DNA of 64,000 nucleotides. Source: an uncultured Alphaproteobacteria bacterium (lineage in GTDB: Bacteria; Pseudomonadota; Alphaproteobacteria; Rhodospirillales; Defluviicoccaceae). The stretch is from contig CAWAYT010000003.1 of the NCBI GenBank assembly GCA_963786265.1, positions 2,152 through 66,151 of the forward strand, read 5' to 3'. The position numbers and the translations under genes are program-made. Each line of letters starts with the position of its first letter. Position 1 is the first letter of the stretch. The notes beneath the pieces are model-generated. The model was not told the DNA's origin and did no database searches. It was given only the letters and a program-made list of their open reading frames with translations. This document shows positions 32,960 through 45,613 of this stretch, in pieces.

Positions 32960-33343
32960 CTATGCGGCGCCTCGCGGCAACAGTCTCTTGCGCTGCTCTT
33001 CCCATCCGCTCGGAATCGCCCCCGTCAGCTCCTCCAGCTGCATGCCCTTCGGCTGACGGCCGTCAAGGATCGCCTCAACGATGTCCGGCGCCAGCAGCGT
33101 CAGCCGCAGCAGCCGGTTGACGAAGCTGCGCGTGACGCCCTCCGCTTCGGCGATCTCGGCCGCCGACCGATACTTCCCCTCCTCCAGCATCCGCTTCCAC
33201 CGATGCGCCCGCGCCAGCGCGCGGATCAGCGTCTCGTCCGGCCGCGGCTTCGCCGGCGCCCACGCGTCGCCGCCGTCCGGCGCGATGATCACCTTGCGGC
33301 CGCCGCGGCATTTAAAGGTCGTCGGGATGCGGACGGTCACCAA
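32960..33343 (-). pseudogene. Serine-recombinase partner gene, copy A (5'-truncated)
   Basis: VRIP.TF.CRGGRKVIIAP..RALARAHRW..LRLTLLAPDIVEAILDG..WEEQR. Confidence 0.8.
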
Positions 33344-33581
33344 TCCGGGAGATGCTCAGCACATCGACGCTGCCGATTCGCCAGGGCAGCGCTGCGAACG
33401 CCATCGGTGCTCGTATGCCAGGAACATCGCAAGCCGCTCCCGCGCAACGGATTTGCAAGTGCCGGCGCGCGTCTGCTTGACGCGAGGATGTCAGACCCCG
33501 TCAACCTCTTGTCTCATCGTAAGCGCGACATAACCGGCGGCCGAGAGCGGCAGGTGGGCCGGCAGCCAGCAGAAGAAGGAG

Positions 33582-33977
33582 ATGATGGTGTCGATCGGTC
33601 AGAACACGGCTGCAGCGGAGAAGCTCACGGCTTTGCTCGAGCGCATGGAGCATCTGCTCGATGAGATCGACGGACTGAAGGACGACCTGAAGGACCTCAA
33701 GGGACAAGCCAAAGACGAGGGCTTCAACGTTGCAGCCCTCGTCCGACTGCTCGCGATCCGCCGTAACAAGGGTCGGGTGGACCAGGAGAACGAGTTCCTC
33801 AACGATCTCCTGCTGTACGCACATGCGACCGGCACGCCGCTCGACATCGCCTTCGTCGACGACTCGGCCGCCGCCAACTCAACGAAGACCTCACCATTCG
33901 ACCCGGCTACGGCGCCAGCAGAAGAAATTCATCAGCCGAATGATGACCTCGCTTCCGAAAGCCATCGGCCAACCTAA
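33582..33977 (+). CDS. GapR/DUF2312-family DNA-binding protein
   Basis: [11 protein letters not shown]...[22 protein letters not shown]...LLLYAHATG. Confidence 0.72.
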   Translation: MMVSIGQNTAAAEKLTALLERMEHLLDEIDGLKDDLKDLKGQAKDEGFNVAALVRLLAIRRNKGRVDQENEFLNDLLLYAHATGTPLDIAFVDDSAAANSTKTSPFDPATAPAEEIHQPNDDLASESHRPT

Positions 33978-34639
33978 TTGGCGCCGCAGCACCGCTTGTA
34001 TTTCCGGCCCGAGCCGCACGGGCACGGATCGTTGCGTCCTGGCTTGGGCGTGCGTCCTGGCGCTTGGCGCCGGGCCTTCCAAAAGCGGTCGATGAGGACG
34101 ACGCAGGGGCCGATCAACTCCGTCGCCTCACGTCTGAGCTGCCCGATCCCGTCTGCGTCACCTCGGATGATCGGATCGCCGTCCTCATCGTGCAGGTGCG
34201 CGACGATCGGCGCGAGCAGTTGCCTGTCTTCTTCCGAGTCCAACAACACCTGCCATGCCCCCGGCCGAAGCTCGACCGCCTCCATGAACCCTTCAGCCCA
34301 GTCGGCAGCGACGGCCTCTCCGTCCTTGGTCGTCCAGAAGATCGGCTCGAACTCATCGGGGGCGTGCTGGAGCAGATGGAGGATCTCGTTGTAGCGGCCC
34401 ATGATCGCGTTGAGGATGCGCTGCGCTTCCTCCATGCTTTCGAACTCGGGCTCAGCACCGCCCCAAATCACTGGAAGCCACTCGCTCGGCATGATCAGCT
34501 CCGGGCCAATGGCGATGCCGGCGAGGAATCCATCGAGGTCGGAAAGCTGCATGCAGTCTTCCGGAGCACGATCGGACATCAGGAAGGCGTCGAGTGCGTC
34601 GAGGTCGAAGTCACTCGCGCCAAGCAGCGGCGAGCTCAT
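33974..34639 (-). CDS. UPF0149/YecA protein with SEC-C motif
   Basis: [23 protein letters not shown] and [18 protein letters not shown] motifs. Confidence 0.92.
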   Translation of the reverse strand: MSSPLLGASDFDLDALDAFLMSDRAPEDCMQLSDLDGFLAGIAIGPELIMPSEWLPVIWGGAEPEFESMEEAQRILNAIMGRYNEILHLLQHAPDEFEPIFWTTKDGEAVAADWAEGFMEAVELRPGAWQVLLDSEEDRQLLAPIVAHLHDEDGDPIIRGDADGIGQLRREATELIGPCVVLIDRFWKARRQAPGRTPKPGRNDPCPCGSGRKYKRCCGAN

Positions 34640-34869
34640 GCCCCTCTCCTCCATCGTGTCGCAAGCTTTGCTGATTGCCGAAGGTTCTGGCATACGGTTG
34701 GCCAGATAACCAGCGTTCTCTGCTGATCTCCCGCTATCCAGAGCAACTTCGGCGCAAGTTTCGGGAGACCTTGCTGTCACGCAAATTTCATGCGCGGCCT
34801 GTCATCATTGATTGAGGATGCCAGTGCAGACAGGGAGACTCATAGAACCTGTGCAGGAAAGACAACGCA

Positions 34870-36813
34870 ATGGCGAACGACGAGCTTGGGTCACAGACGG
34901 AAGAGTGCAGCAACCCGCTTACGGCGCCGACGATCGGTGACGTCTTGCTGGCCCGGCTCAGCCGTCGTGAGGCCTTAAGCGGACTGACTGCGGTGGCGGC
35001 GCTGGCGACGCTGGCACCGCTCAGCAATCGCTTTGCCGGCGAGGCGCAGGCGGCGAGGGCGCCGCTCGCCTTCGAGGAAGTGCCGCACGGCAATACCGGG
35101 ACGCACGCGGTCCCGGCCGGCTACGAGGCCCAGACGCTGATCCGCTGGGGCGATCCGCTGGTTGAGGGTGCACCGCCGTTCGATCCGCTGCAGCAAACCG
35201 CTGCGAAGCAGGCCCTGCAGTGGGGCTATAACAACGACTTCATCGGCTGGATGCCGCTGCCGGAGGGCTCGACGAGCGCCGGGCACGGCCTGCTGTGCGT
35301 CAATTTCGAGTACACCGACTATTACCTGATGTTCCCCGGCATTAGGGAAGGCGAGCTCGCCAAGCTGACCCGCGAGCAGTGCGAGGTGGAGCTGGCCGCG
35401 CACGGCCACGGCGTCGTCGAGATCCGTCGCGACGACGCGACGAACGCGTGGTCGGTGGTCCAGGGCAGCCCCTACAACCGCCGCATCACCACGTTCGCTA
35501 CCGAGTGTCGGATTTCCGGCCCGGCCGCCGGGCACGAGCGGCTGAAGACCAACGGCGATCCCACCGGCACAAAGGTGATCGGCACCCTGAACAACTGCGC
35601 CGGCGGCAAGACGCCGTGGGGCACGGTGCTGATCGCCGAGGAGAACTTCAATTTCTACTTCGGCGGCGATCCGAAGAAGACGCCGGAGGCGCGCAACCTC
35701 GAGCGGCTCGGCTTCAAGCCCGTGCCGCGGCACGCGTGGTATCTGCATTTCGACCGCTTCAACGTCGAGAAGGACCCGCGCGAGCCGAACAAGTTCGGCT
35801 GGATGGTGGAGGTCGATCCCTACGATCCGACCTCGGTCCCGGTGAAGCGCACCGCGCTGGGCCGCTTCAAGCACGAGGGTGCGACGACCGTGCTGAACAA
35901 GGACGGCCGCGTCGTCGCCTACGGCGGCGACGACGAGCGCTTCGAGTACATCTACCGGTTCGTCAGCGACGGCCGTGTCGATCCCGCGGCCGGCAAGGCA
36001 AACGGCGCCCTGCTCGACACGGGCACCCTGTTTGTCGCCCGGTTTCACGACGACGGCCGGCTGACCTGGATGCCGCTGGTCTTTGGGCAGGGACCGCTGA
36101 CTGCGGAGAACGGCTTCGCCAGCCAGGCCGACGTGCTGATTGAGACGCGGCGCGCCGCCGAGCTGCTGGGAGCGACGCCGATGGATCGGCCGGAGGACGT
36201 CGAGGTCAACCCGGTCACCGGCATCGTCTACGTGGCCCTCACCTACAACGAGAAGCGCAAGGCGGAACAGGTGAACCCAATGAATCCGCGTGGCCCGAAC
36301 ATGCACGGGCATGTGATGGAGCTGATCGCCCCCGGTGGGAGCGCCGCCGAGCGCGACCATGCGGCACTGGAGTACCGCTGGGAGATCTTCCTGCAAGCAG
36401 GCGATCCATCGAAGCCGGAAGACGCCGCGCGGTACGGCTTGGGAGTGACCACGAACGGCTGGCTGTCGGCACCGGACAACGTCGCCTTCGACCGGGCGGG
36501 ACGGATTTGGATCGCGACCGACGGCCTTCCCCGCTTCGGCGTGGCCGACGGGGCATACGTCGCCGAAACGCAGGGCCCGAACCGCGCCGTCACCCGCCAG
36601 TTCTACCGTACACCGCTCGGCGCCGAGCTGTGCGGGCCGGAGCTCAACACCGACGATACGGCGTACTTCGCCTCTGTGCAGCATCCGGGCGACAGTGAAG
36701 GCTCGACCTTCGATACCCCCTCGACGCGCTGGCCGGACTTCAAGTCGGACATGCCCCCACGGCCGTCGGTGCAGGTGATCGTCAGGCGAGGCGGCGGCAC
36801 GGTAGGCGCGTAA
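34870..36813 (+). CDS. phoX: PhoX-family alkaline phosphatase with Tat signal
   Basis: SRREAL signal, GYNND, NNCAGGKTPWGT..EEN, GRFKHE, MDRPED, PDN, AELCG and VQHPG motifs. Confidence 0.93.
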   Translation: MANDELGSQTEECSNPLTAPTIGDVLLARLSRREALSGLTAVAALATLAPLSNRFAGEAQAARAPLAFEEVPHGNTGTHAVPAGYEAQTLIRWGDPLVEGAPPFDPLQQTAAKQALQWGYNNDFIGWMPLPEGSTSAGHGLLCVNFEYTDYYLMFPGIREGELAKLTREQCEVELAAHGHGVVEIRRDDATNAWSVVQGSPYNRRITTFATECRISGPAAGHERLKTNGDPTGTKVIGTLNNCAGGKTPWGTVLIAEENFNFYFGGDPKKTPEARNLERLGFKPVPRHAWYLHFDRFNVEKDPREPNKFGWMVEVDPYDPTSVPVKRTALGRFKHEGATTVLNKDGRVVAYGGDDERFEYIYRFVSDGRVDPAAGKANGALLDTGTLFVARFHDDGRLTWMPLVFGQGPLTAENGFASQADVLIETRRAAELLGATPMDRPEDVEVNPVTGIVYVALTYNEKRKAEQVNPMNPRGPNMHGHVMELIAPGGSAAERDHAALEYRWEIFLQAGDPSKPEDAARYGLGVTTNGWLSAPDNVAFDRAGRIWIATDGLPRFGVADGAYVAETQGPNRAVTRQFYRTPLGAELCGPELNTDDTAYFASVQHPGDSEGSTFDTPSTRWPDFKSDMPPRPSVQVIVRRGGGTVGA

Positions 36814-36919
36814 GCCGGCCGCTCTCGCCTGCGTGCTTGCAGAGCCGAATCGACGCTCCTGGCGAGCTTGAACGAAGACGAACCAGGGCCGCTGGACCGG
36901 AGCAGGTGAGGTTTAGCGG

Positions 36920-37025
36920 CCGGCACGCTCGCAGGCAGCGCCTCGTTGCGCTTGACGGTGCCACCGGCGATGAGCTGGAGGCGGTCGAACAGCGCCGAGA
37001 GCACCTGCTCACGCGTGGATGGCAT
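36920..37025 (-). pseudogene. Prophage tail-region gene, 5' fragment
   Basis: MPSTREQVLSALFDRL...RNEALPASVPA; from recall, the gene that follows DUF6441 in alphaproteobacterial prophages. Confidence 0.55.
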
Positions 37026-37128
37026 GGCTGCCCGCTCGTGGTTTACCTGGCCTTGCGATCGGCGACCTGTTACGCTGCTGCAATGCAGCAAATTCATGCT
37101 GCATTGCATGAAGGGCCGTGGTGCGACG

Positions 37129-37668
37129 ATGGCGTTTTTGACCGAACTGGGAGAGGTGCTCCACGAAGAACATTTCCGCATTCTCTCGCTGATTTGTGGC
37201 CTCGAGAACCGTGTTATCGGCGCCGAGGGACGGCGGCCGATCGACCCGAGAGACGAGGACGAGAAGGAGCATCTCCAGGAGCTCATCGTCTCTCTCGACC
37301 AGATCATCGACCACAACGCCTTCGAGGAAGCGGTTCTGTTCCCGCTCATCTGCGCGCGAGGCGGCGGCGAGCTGGCGTCGCTCCTGACCCACGAGCACGT
37401 GATCATCGGGCCGCTGGCGAGGCGTGTGCGTGGGATCGCCGCCAGGATCCTCGAGGATGGTATCGATGCCGACCGCTGGGCGGAGTTCCAAAGTGCCGCA
37501 ACCGACCTCGTCGCCGAAATGATGGCGCACCTGCAGAAAGAAGAGCTGACGGTGGTCCAGCGGCTGCGGGCCTTTCTCGATACGGACACCGATCACCGCC
37601 TGGCGCTCAGACACCGTGCCGAGCGGCCGCCGACGCGGATCAAGATTGCCTTCCAGCAGGCGGCGTAG
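37129..37668 (+). CDS. Hemerythrin-like (HHE) domain protein
   Basis: LHEEH, HNAFEEAVLFP, LTHEH and HLQKEE motifs. Confidence 0.82.
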   Translation: MAFLTELGEVLHEEHFRILSLICGLENRVIGAEGRRPIDPRDEDEKEHLQELIVSLDQIIDHNAFEEAVLFPLICARGGGELASLLTHEHVIIGPLARRVRGIAARILEDGIDADRWAEFQSAATDLVAEMMAHLQKEELTVVQRLRAFLDTDTDHRLALRHRAERPPTRIKIAFQQAA

Positions 37669-37669
37669 G

Positions 37670-37932
37670 TCGGAGACCGCTACGCAGATCCAAACCAATG
37701 CCGCAGCACCAGCTGCGGCAACATCCTGATCCACTTCTCTGCAATACCGGCGACGTCCAGCCGCTTCCGGACCGTCACCTGCGGCACCAGGATGAACAGC
37801 GGCACGGTGGTGCGACCTGAGAGCCGGGTGTACGCCGCCCCCTGCCGCCGCCCGATATTCGCCGCCGCGCGTCCACGCTTCGTCAGCCGGGCGTTGTCGG
37901 CGACGAGCAGCGACGGCGCGCCGCGGCGATAA
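37670..37932 (-). pseudogene. DUF6441-like prophage gene, 3' fragment
   Basis: YRRGAPSLLVAD..TVPLFILVPQVTVRKRLDV. Confidence 0.65.
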
Positions 37933-37950
37933 CCGAGTTATGGGCTGGAT

Positions 37951-38372
37951 TCAGTTGATAATCTCGCGTTGTTCCTCCCACCCGTCCGGGATCGCCCGGG
38001 TCAGCTCCTCCAACTGCATCGCCTTCGGCTGCCGTCCGTCGAGAATCGCCTCGACGATGTCCGGCGCCAGCAGCGTCAGCCGCAGCAGCCGGTTGACGAA
38101 GCTGCGGGTGACGCCCTCTGCTTCGGCCAGTTCCGCCAGCCGATCGGTACCTGCCCTCCTCCAGCAACCGCTTCCACCGATGCGCCCGCGCCAGCGCGCG
38201 GATCAGCGTCTCGTCCGGCCGCGGCTTCGCCGGCGCCCAGGCGTCGCCGCCGTCCGGGCGCGATGATCACCTTGCGGCCGCCGCGGCGTTTCCAGGTCAT
38301 CGGGATGCGGACGGTGATCGTCGTGCCGTCGAACTCCCAATTCTGCCGGCGATCTTGCGCTTCGTCTCTCAT
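37951..38372 (-). CDS. Serine-recombinase partner gene, copy B (full length, frameshifted)
   Basis: ATGA-coupled to the recombinase stop; near-identical to copy A. Confidence 0.8.
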
Positions 38373-39310
38373 GCCGCTTTCGCCTCCCGCGACCGGAGCT
38401 CCTCGACCAGCGTCTGCAGCCCCTCGGCGCGCAGCCGGACCTGCATGCCGTCGGGCGACGAGATCGACCCGCTCGACCAGCAGCCGGACGATCCGCGCCT
38501 GCTCGGCCGGGAAAAGCTCGTCCCACAGCGGCGCGAAGTCGGTGATGCGTCTTGACGACCTCGCGCTCCGGCATCTCGAACCTCGTCGCTTCGCCGCCGC
38601 CCACGTCCGCGCGATGATCTCGGGCGTGCGCAGCAGGTGCCGCACCTGCGCGACGACCGCTTCCTCGACCTCCGCCGCCGGCACGCTGCGCACCGGGCAT
38701 TCCGAGTAGCCCTGGCGGATGGCGTCGGTGGCGACGTAGTAGCGGTAGAGCTTGCCGTGCTTTGCGCGTGTGCGACGGCGTCATCGCGTGGCCGCCGGGC
38801 GCGAAGATCAGGCCCCGCAGCAACGCCGGCGTCTGCGCGCGCGTGCCGTTGGCGCGAGCGACCGTATTCTCGGCGAGGATGGCGTGCACCTTGTCCCAGG
38901 TCGCGCGATCGATGATCGCCTCGTGCTCGCCGGGATAGCTCGTGCCCTTGTGCACCGCCTCGCCGAGGTAGATGCGGTTGTCGAGGATCTTGTAGATCGC
39001 GCCCTTGTCGATCGGCTTGCCCGGCCGGTGCTTGCCGTCCTGCGTCGTCCAGGATTTCGTCGTGTGGCCGGCGCGCCGCAGCTCCTGCGCCAGCTTGGTC
39101 GCCGAGCCGAGGCGCAGGAAGCGCCTGAAGATCAGCCGGACGAGCTCGGCCTCCGTCTCGTTCACGACCAGCTTGCGCTCGATCACGTCGTAGCCGAGCG
39201 GCGGCGATGCCGCCCATCCACATGCCCTTGCGCCGTGAGGCGGCGAACTTGTCGCGGATGCGCTCGCCGATCACCTCGCGCTCGAACTGGGCGAACGAAA
39301 GCAGGATGTT
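38369..39310 (-). pseudogene. Large serine recombinase, catalytic N-terminus missing
   Basis: NILLSFAQFEREVIGERIRDK..KGMWMGG..GY, recombinase domain, GEHEAII, LLRGLIF and YRYYV motifs. Confidence 0.9.
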
Positions 39311-39429
39311 CCTCGTGCTTTACGATGCCGCCCTAGCGGCAACGTGGTAGGTGACTTGAAGATCGGCCTCAACTCCTCAGCGTGGCTCAGCAGTCGGGCA
39401 TAGGCCCGAGGCTCGCTGCAATTCCTCCT

Positions 39430-39588
39430 GGGGCATCCGGCGCCAGCAGCGTCAGCGCAACAGTCGATTCACGAAGCTGCGAGTGATGCCTTCGGTCTCG
39501 GCGATTTCGCCGGCCGACCGACATGCCCCATCCTCCAACATTCGCTTCCACAGGTGTGCCCGCGCCGGCGCGCGGATCAGAGCCGCTG
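39430..39588 (-). pseudogene. Serine-recombinase partner gene, copy C (degenerate)
   Basis: LIRAPARAHLWKRMLE..EIAETEGITRSFVNR..LTLLAPD. Confidence 0.75.
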
Positions 39589-39758
39589 CGACTCCTTTCC
39601 ACATACCCGAGGAAGCGTTCAGGAACGGACGGAACCAGATAACCCCCGGTTATGAGGGGCGGAAAGAAATTCACTTCGGTTTTCATTCCCTTCCCGTATT
39701 CGCGGCGCTTTAGTCGGGGTCGGACTTCGTCGCGCCAGGGCGACAAGATCCACGATAT

Positions 39759-40382
39759 GTGGACGGTGCAGTGTTACCAAGCAATGCGCTGTTCATTCGA
39801 CCTGCCAGGCTCGAGGACTGCTACAAGATCGCCCGACTGTTCTTGATGGCGTCTGAGGGCCTCGCGGAGTACATCTGGAGCCGGATAGCGGAGCCAGGCG
39901 AAAGTCTGATCGAGGCCGGTGCCCGCAGGTGCTCCGGCAACGCTATCGTGTGCTCCTATCAAAACTGCTTCATTGCCGAACTCGCGAACACGACGGTCGG
40001 CATGTTGAACTCGTTTCCGATGGAAGAACGAGACGGTCCTGATGACCTAAACGCCGACCCGGCCCTGCGACCTTTGGTTGAGCTTCGCGACTACGGCAGC
40101 CTTTTCGTCTCTGGCGTTGCCGTTTTTCCGGAACATCGCGACCGCGGCATCGGCACACGCCTTCTCGCGACCACCGAGCAACAGGCGGTATCGTATGGAC
40201 TCACGCGGTTGAGCCTGATCTGCCTTGAGCAGAACGATGGCGCAATGCGGCTCTACAGCCAACTCGGTTTCCGAGAGATCGACCGACGGCCGCTCGTTCC
40301 CCATCCGGTCTGGCGGTCGTGTCAGGGCGATGCCGTGTTGCTGATAAAGCCGGCAGATCAGGATCGCCGCCCAGGCGATTGA
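39759..40382 (+). CDS. GNAT acetyltransferase
   Basis: IRPAR, VAVFPEHRDRGIGTRLL and N..AMRLYSQLGF motifs. Confidence 0.88.
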   Translation: MDGAVLPSNALFIRPARLEDCYKIARLFLMASEGLAEYIWSRIAEPGESLIEAGARRCSGNAIVCSYQNCFIAELANTTVGMLNSFPMEERDGPDDLNADPALRPLVELRDYGSLFVSGVAVFPEHRDRGIGTRLLATTEQQAVSYGLTRLSLICLEQNDGAMRLYSQLGFREIDRRPLVPHPVWRSCQGDAVLLIKPADQDRRPGD

Positions 40383-40442
40383 CAAAGCTGCGGTCGATAC
40401 GCTCGGTTTCGGCGATTTCGGCTGCTCGGGTATCGTCCTTCG
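40370..40442 (-). pseudogene. Serine-recombinase partner gene, copy D (short relic)
   Basis: AAEIAETERIDRSFVNRL. Confidence 0.6.
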
Positions 40443-40622
40443 TGCAGCAACCGTTTCGCTTCTCGCACACAACGCGCACTTTCCTCGACGACGGTATGGT
40501 CCTATGTCACCGCCTGCGCAGGCCCCGAGTTGTTCGCAGGTTCAGTCGTCTGAAGATTTACCTAGCCGCAGAGGTTAGAAGCGCAGCCAATCCTACTGCC
40601 GAGGTCTTCAGAAGGGATTGCG

Positions 40623-40925
40623 ATGGATTTTCCGGTTCCGGAAAACGAGCGTGAGCGGGTGAAGGCGATAGATTCCTATCGCATTATTGGAACGCCGCCG
40701 GAACCGGCCTTTGACGATGTGGCCGAGTTGGCGGCGCAGATCCTCGACTGCCCCGTCGGCATCATCAATCTCATTTCTGATACGCGCGAATGGCTGAAGG
40801 CAAAGTATGGCGTGACGCCCGAGCTTACCGAAATGCCGCGGGGAACCACCTGCTCGACCACCCTCTGCCAGAGCGATCTCTTGGTCGTGCCGGATCTGCG
40901 CGAAGATGACCGCTTCCGCGAGCTC
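40623..40925 (+). pseudogene. GAF-domain sensor, N-terminal fragment
   Basis: PENERERVKA..YRII.TPPEPAFDD..LVVPDLREDDRF; then truncated. Confidence 0.82.
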
Positions 40926-40939
40926 TCAGACGCTCGTCG

Positions 40940-41252
40940 GTCACGTAATCGATAGCATTGATCCGAATAGTGCCGGCGAACTTCTCCCGAAATTCGCTCA
41001 AGGCCGCAAGCTCGGCTTCGATTTCCTCGAACCAGGGCCCAAGGGCGTTAAGCAGGCATTCGCCCGCTTCGTTGGCGAGACGCTGCGCGTGGTGCGCATC
41101 AGTAGGCGCACTCCAAGCCGCGCTTCTAGCTGACGGATGGTCTGGCTCAGCGCCGATTGCGAGACGCCAAGATTGGCGGCCGCCTTGGTGAAGCTTTGCT
41201 CGCGCCCGACGGCGATGAGGGCGCTGAGGTCATCGAGACTTCCGCGCTTCAT
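40940..41252 (-). pseudogene. LysR regulator fragment (HTH)
   Basis: SFTKAAANLGVSQSALSQTIRQLEARLGVRL.RTTRSV. Confidence 0.85.
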
Positions 41253-41269
41253 TCATTCGTCCTGCTTAT

Positions 41270-42093
41270 CGCGCCCCGGATAGCGGCGAAGGGTGTCGCG
41301 GTAGATCGCAACGTAGGTCGCGCCGGCGCCGACGTGCGGGCCGTATTGCGATAGGCCTCCTCCTCACGGCCTGCCTTGAGCAGCACGCCCTCACAGAAGC
41401 GGTCGATCTGTCGGTGATCGTAGGCTCTGGATACTCGCCTTCCGGCAGGCGTCGGCAAAGGCGAGCGCCGCATCGTAGTGTCCCTGGCGCGTTAAGGCTT
41501 CCGCACCGAAGCGCTGATCAGACCAGAACCGATTGCGGGCGTTTGTAAGGAGATCCAGCAACTCTTCGTAGCGGCCCGCCTCCAGCAGGCACGAGAGGCA
41601 GATCGTGTCGCCGGTGACATAGACGTAGGGTCGCCGGCTCGGTGCACCAGACCCGGCGCAAGAGGGGCAGCAGAAGGTCGGCATACTCGTTCATCAGCTC
41701 AGGAAAGACGGCGATCTCGCCCCAGCGCTCCTCGAGCGGATAAAGGTACTGCACGCCGTCCTCCTGGACGGCGTGATAGAGCCGTTCCAGCCAGGCGGCA
41801 CGCACTTTCGGCATCGCCGGAGCGGCGATCAGGATCGGAATGATCTCCTCAAGCGTGGCGTTGACGGCGGTGCCCAAGGCGCCGGATGAGGTGTCGATAT
41901 CCTGAAACGTGGGCCAGAGCCGCTCCATCAGCACGATGGCCCCTTCCCCGGCGGCGACCGGGTCTGTCCTGTTGACCGCCTTGATCTCCGAGACGGCCTC
42001 CTTCAGGCGCGCGATCGCCGTCTTCGAGCCCCGCCAACCGTAGGCTCGCGCGCGGAACCTGGATTTGAATGTCCATCGGTAGCCGCCGACCAT
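41270..42093 (-). pseudogene. Helical hypothetical protein, 3'-truncated
   Basis: WTFKSRFRARAYGWRGS..IDTSSGALGTAVN; continues over frameshifts. Confidence 0.6.
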
Positions 42094-42170
42094 GTCCGCG
42101 CCTTCGTTATCCGCTCAGCCGAGGCGACGCCTCGCAAGCAATCCGTATTTCAACGAGATAGCCTATGCCG

Positions 42171-42535
42171 TTAGGCCATGTCGTCATTGCCCGATCTCGC
42201 CGGTTCCGGTACTTCGTCGGCATCGCCGGTGTCCTTGTAGACCTCCTCGCGGATCACCTTGTCGGTGACCTGGGCCAGATACTCGGTCAGCGCGGCGTTG
42301 ATCTCCTGGAACTCTGGCCAGAGAACCTTGTCGAGGAAACTCTGCGGTGCCCGCAGGATGACGCTTTGCCGGCGCATGCGGGGATAGCGGTACGGCCGCA
42401 AGCCATACCGCCGGCACAGCGCGATAAACATCTGCCGCGACCACGGATCGGGCAGGCTGAAGCGCATCTCGACCGGCTTCTCGCGCTTCTCCTCCTCCCG
42501 CAACCGGGCGCGGATCGGTCCGCCGCGGCGCCGGC
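42171..42535 (-). pseudogene. Hypothetical protein, 5'-truncated
   Basis: FSLPDPWSRQMFIALCRRYGLRPYRY..VLWPEF. Confidence 0.55.
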
Positions 42536-42598
42536 GGCGGCTTTCTTCCCGGCCGTGCCAGCACATACCTCGCGCTGCGGACATCCTCGGCCGCCGCC

Positions 42599-42656
42599 CT
42601 TGACACGCCGAAGCCGCTGGACTAGGTGATTGGCGCTCGTCCGGAGAGAGTGCTAA
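42599..42656 (+). promoter_or_regulatory. Heat-shock promoter with CIRCE (HrcA operator)
   Basis: CTTGAC at 42599; TTGGCGCTC-N9-GAGTGCTAA at 42630-42656. Confidence 0.85.
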
Positions 42657-42674
42657 CAACCGGGCGCATGGTGA

Positions 42675-44683
<2,009 letters not shown>

Positions 44684-44715
44684 GTCTCGCCCTTTCCTCC
44701 GGACCGAGCTCCATC

Positions 44716-44750
44716 GAGGGCCGTGGCGCAAGCTGCGGCCCTCTTGCTTT
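44716..44750 (+). terminator. Intrinsic terminator after groEL
   Basis: GAGGGCCGTGGC-GCAA-GCTGCGGCCCTC followed by TTGCTTT. Confidence 0.7.
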
Positions 44751-45539
44751 GCGCGCCGCGCTCGCCGAGCAAGAGGAACAGGACGACCTCGGTGACGTCC
44801 TCGGGCGAGCTGGCCAGCCTCCGATGCTGGCGGCCATGTCGAAAACGATAACTCAGTTACTCAGTTCGGCGGAACTATCCTGCGGCCCGTGCTGCTTGCG
44901 AAGACCCTTGTGTTCGTCGATCAACGCGCTGGCGCATCGGCGCACCTTTCCCGAGGAATGCGCATACCAAGCGAGCCTGTCGCTCAGGCGACCTCCTGAC
45001 GTATCGTCATTACCCTACGTACGCTTCGCTGACTGGCAGGCTTTTCCTGCTGCACGACCAACGGGTGGGCTTACGCCCAAGGAATTCTTTCGGATCCCGG
45101 TCAACTGCCAAGTCATCCTCCCTTGCCGGGACGGAGCCGGCGGACTTGTCGGAGCGCCCCCAAGAAGCTGGCGGAGACAAGTCCGCCGGTCGGTGAGCCC
45201 CGGGTGCTCGGCCGTCAGCAGCGGCTGAAGGCCGCCCCCGCCCTCGGCATCGATCGGTCCGCGCTGACCGACGCGCTGATCGCATGCTTCGCGGTGAAGG
45301 TGTTAGCCAACCGGCAGCCGAAGGTCGCTGACGAGGTGGTCCTTTTCGCCCTCAACCAGCAGGTGTCCGCCACTTTCGCGAACAACAAAGATTCAGAAGC
45401 AAGCGCATGCCGGCCGCATGGCTCAGCGTGTTGCCCTCCGGCCAGCGCTGCTCGCCCAGCACCCCTCTCCGCTTCGTTTGCCCTTGAAGCGCGGCGCCGT
45501 CCCGATGCCTTCGGATCTGATCCCAGCGCCGGTTCGGCT

Positions 45540-45613
45540 GCGTCCTCACTGCCGTAGACCGCGTATATGATGCTGGAGGAACCCGCACTGATGGCGAAAA
45601 AGCCGGGATCCAC
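45540..45613 (-). pseudogene. ackA: Acetate kinase N-terminal relic
   Basis: AISAGSSSIIYAVY resembles the NAGSSS.K motif and lies directly after pta. Confidence 0.55.

Noticed and set aside
34975-36684. Long antisense ORFs (also 42171-43610, 43646-44731 and 45567-47117)
   Set aside because: Shadow frames of GC-rich genes (phoX, groEL, pta). Only the last ~120 codons of 42171-43610 look like a real gene fragment.
44755-44840. SDR oxidoreductase C-terminal fragment on the minus strand
   Set aside because: The match ([12 protein letters not shown]) is too short to call.
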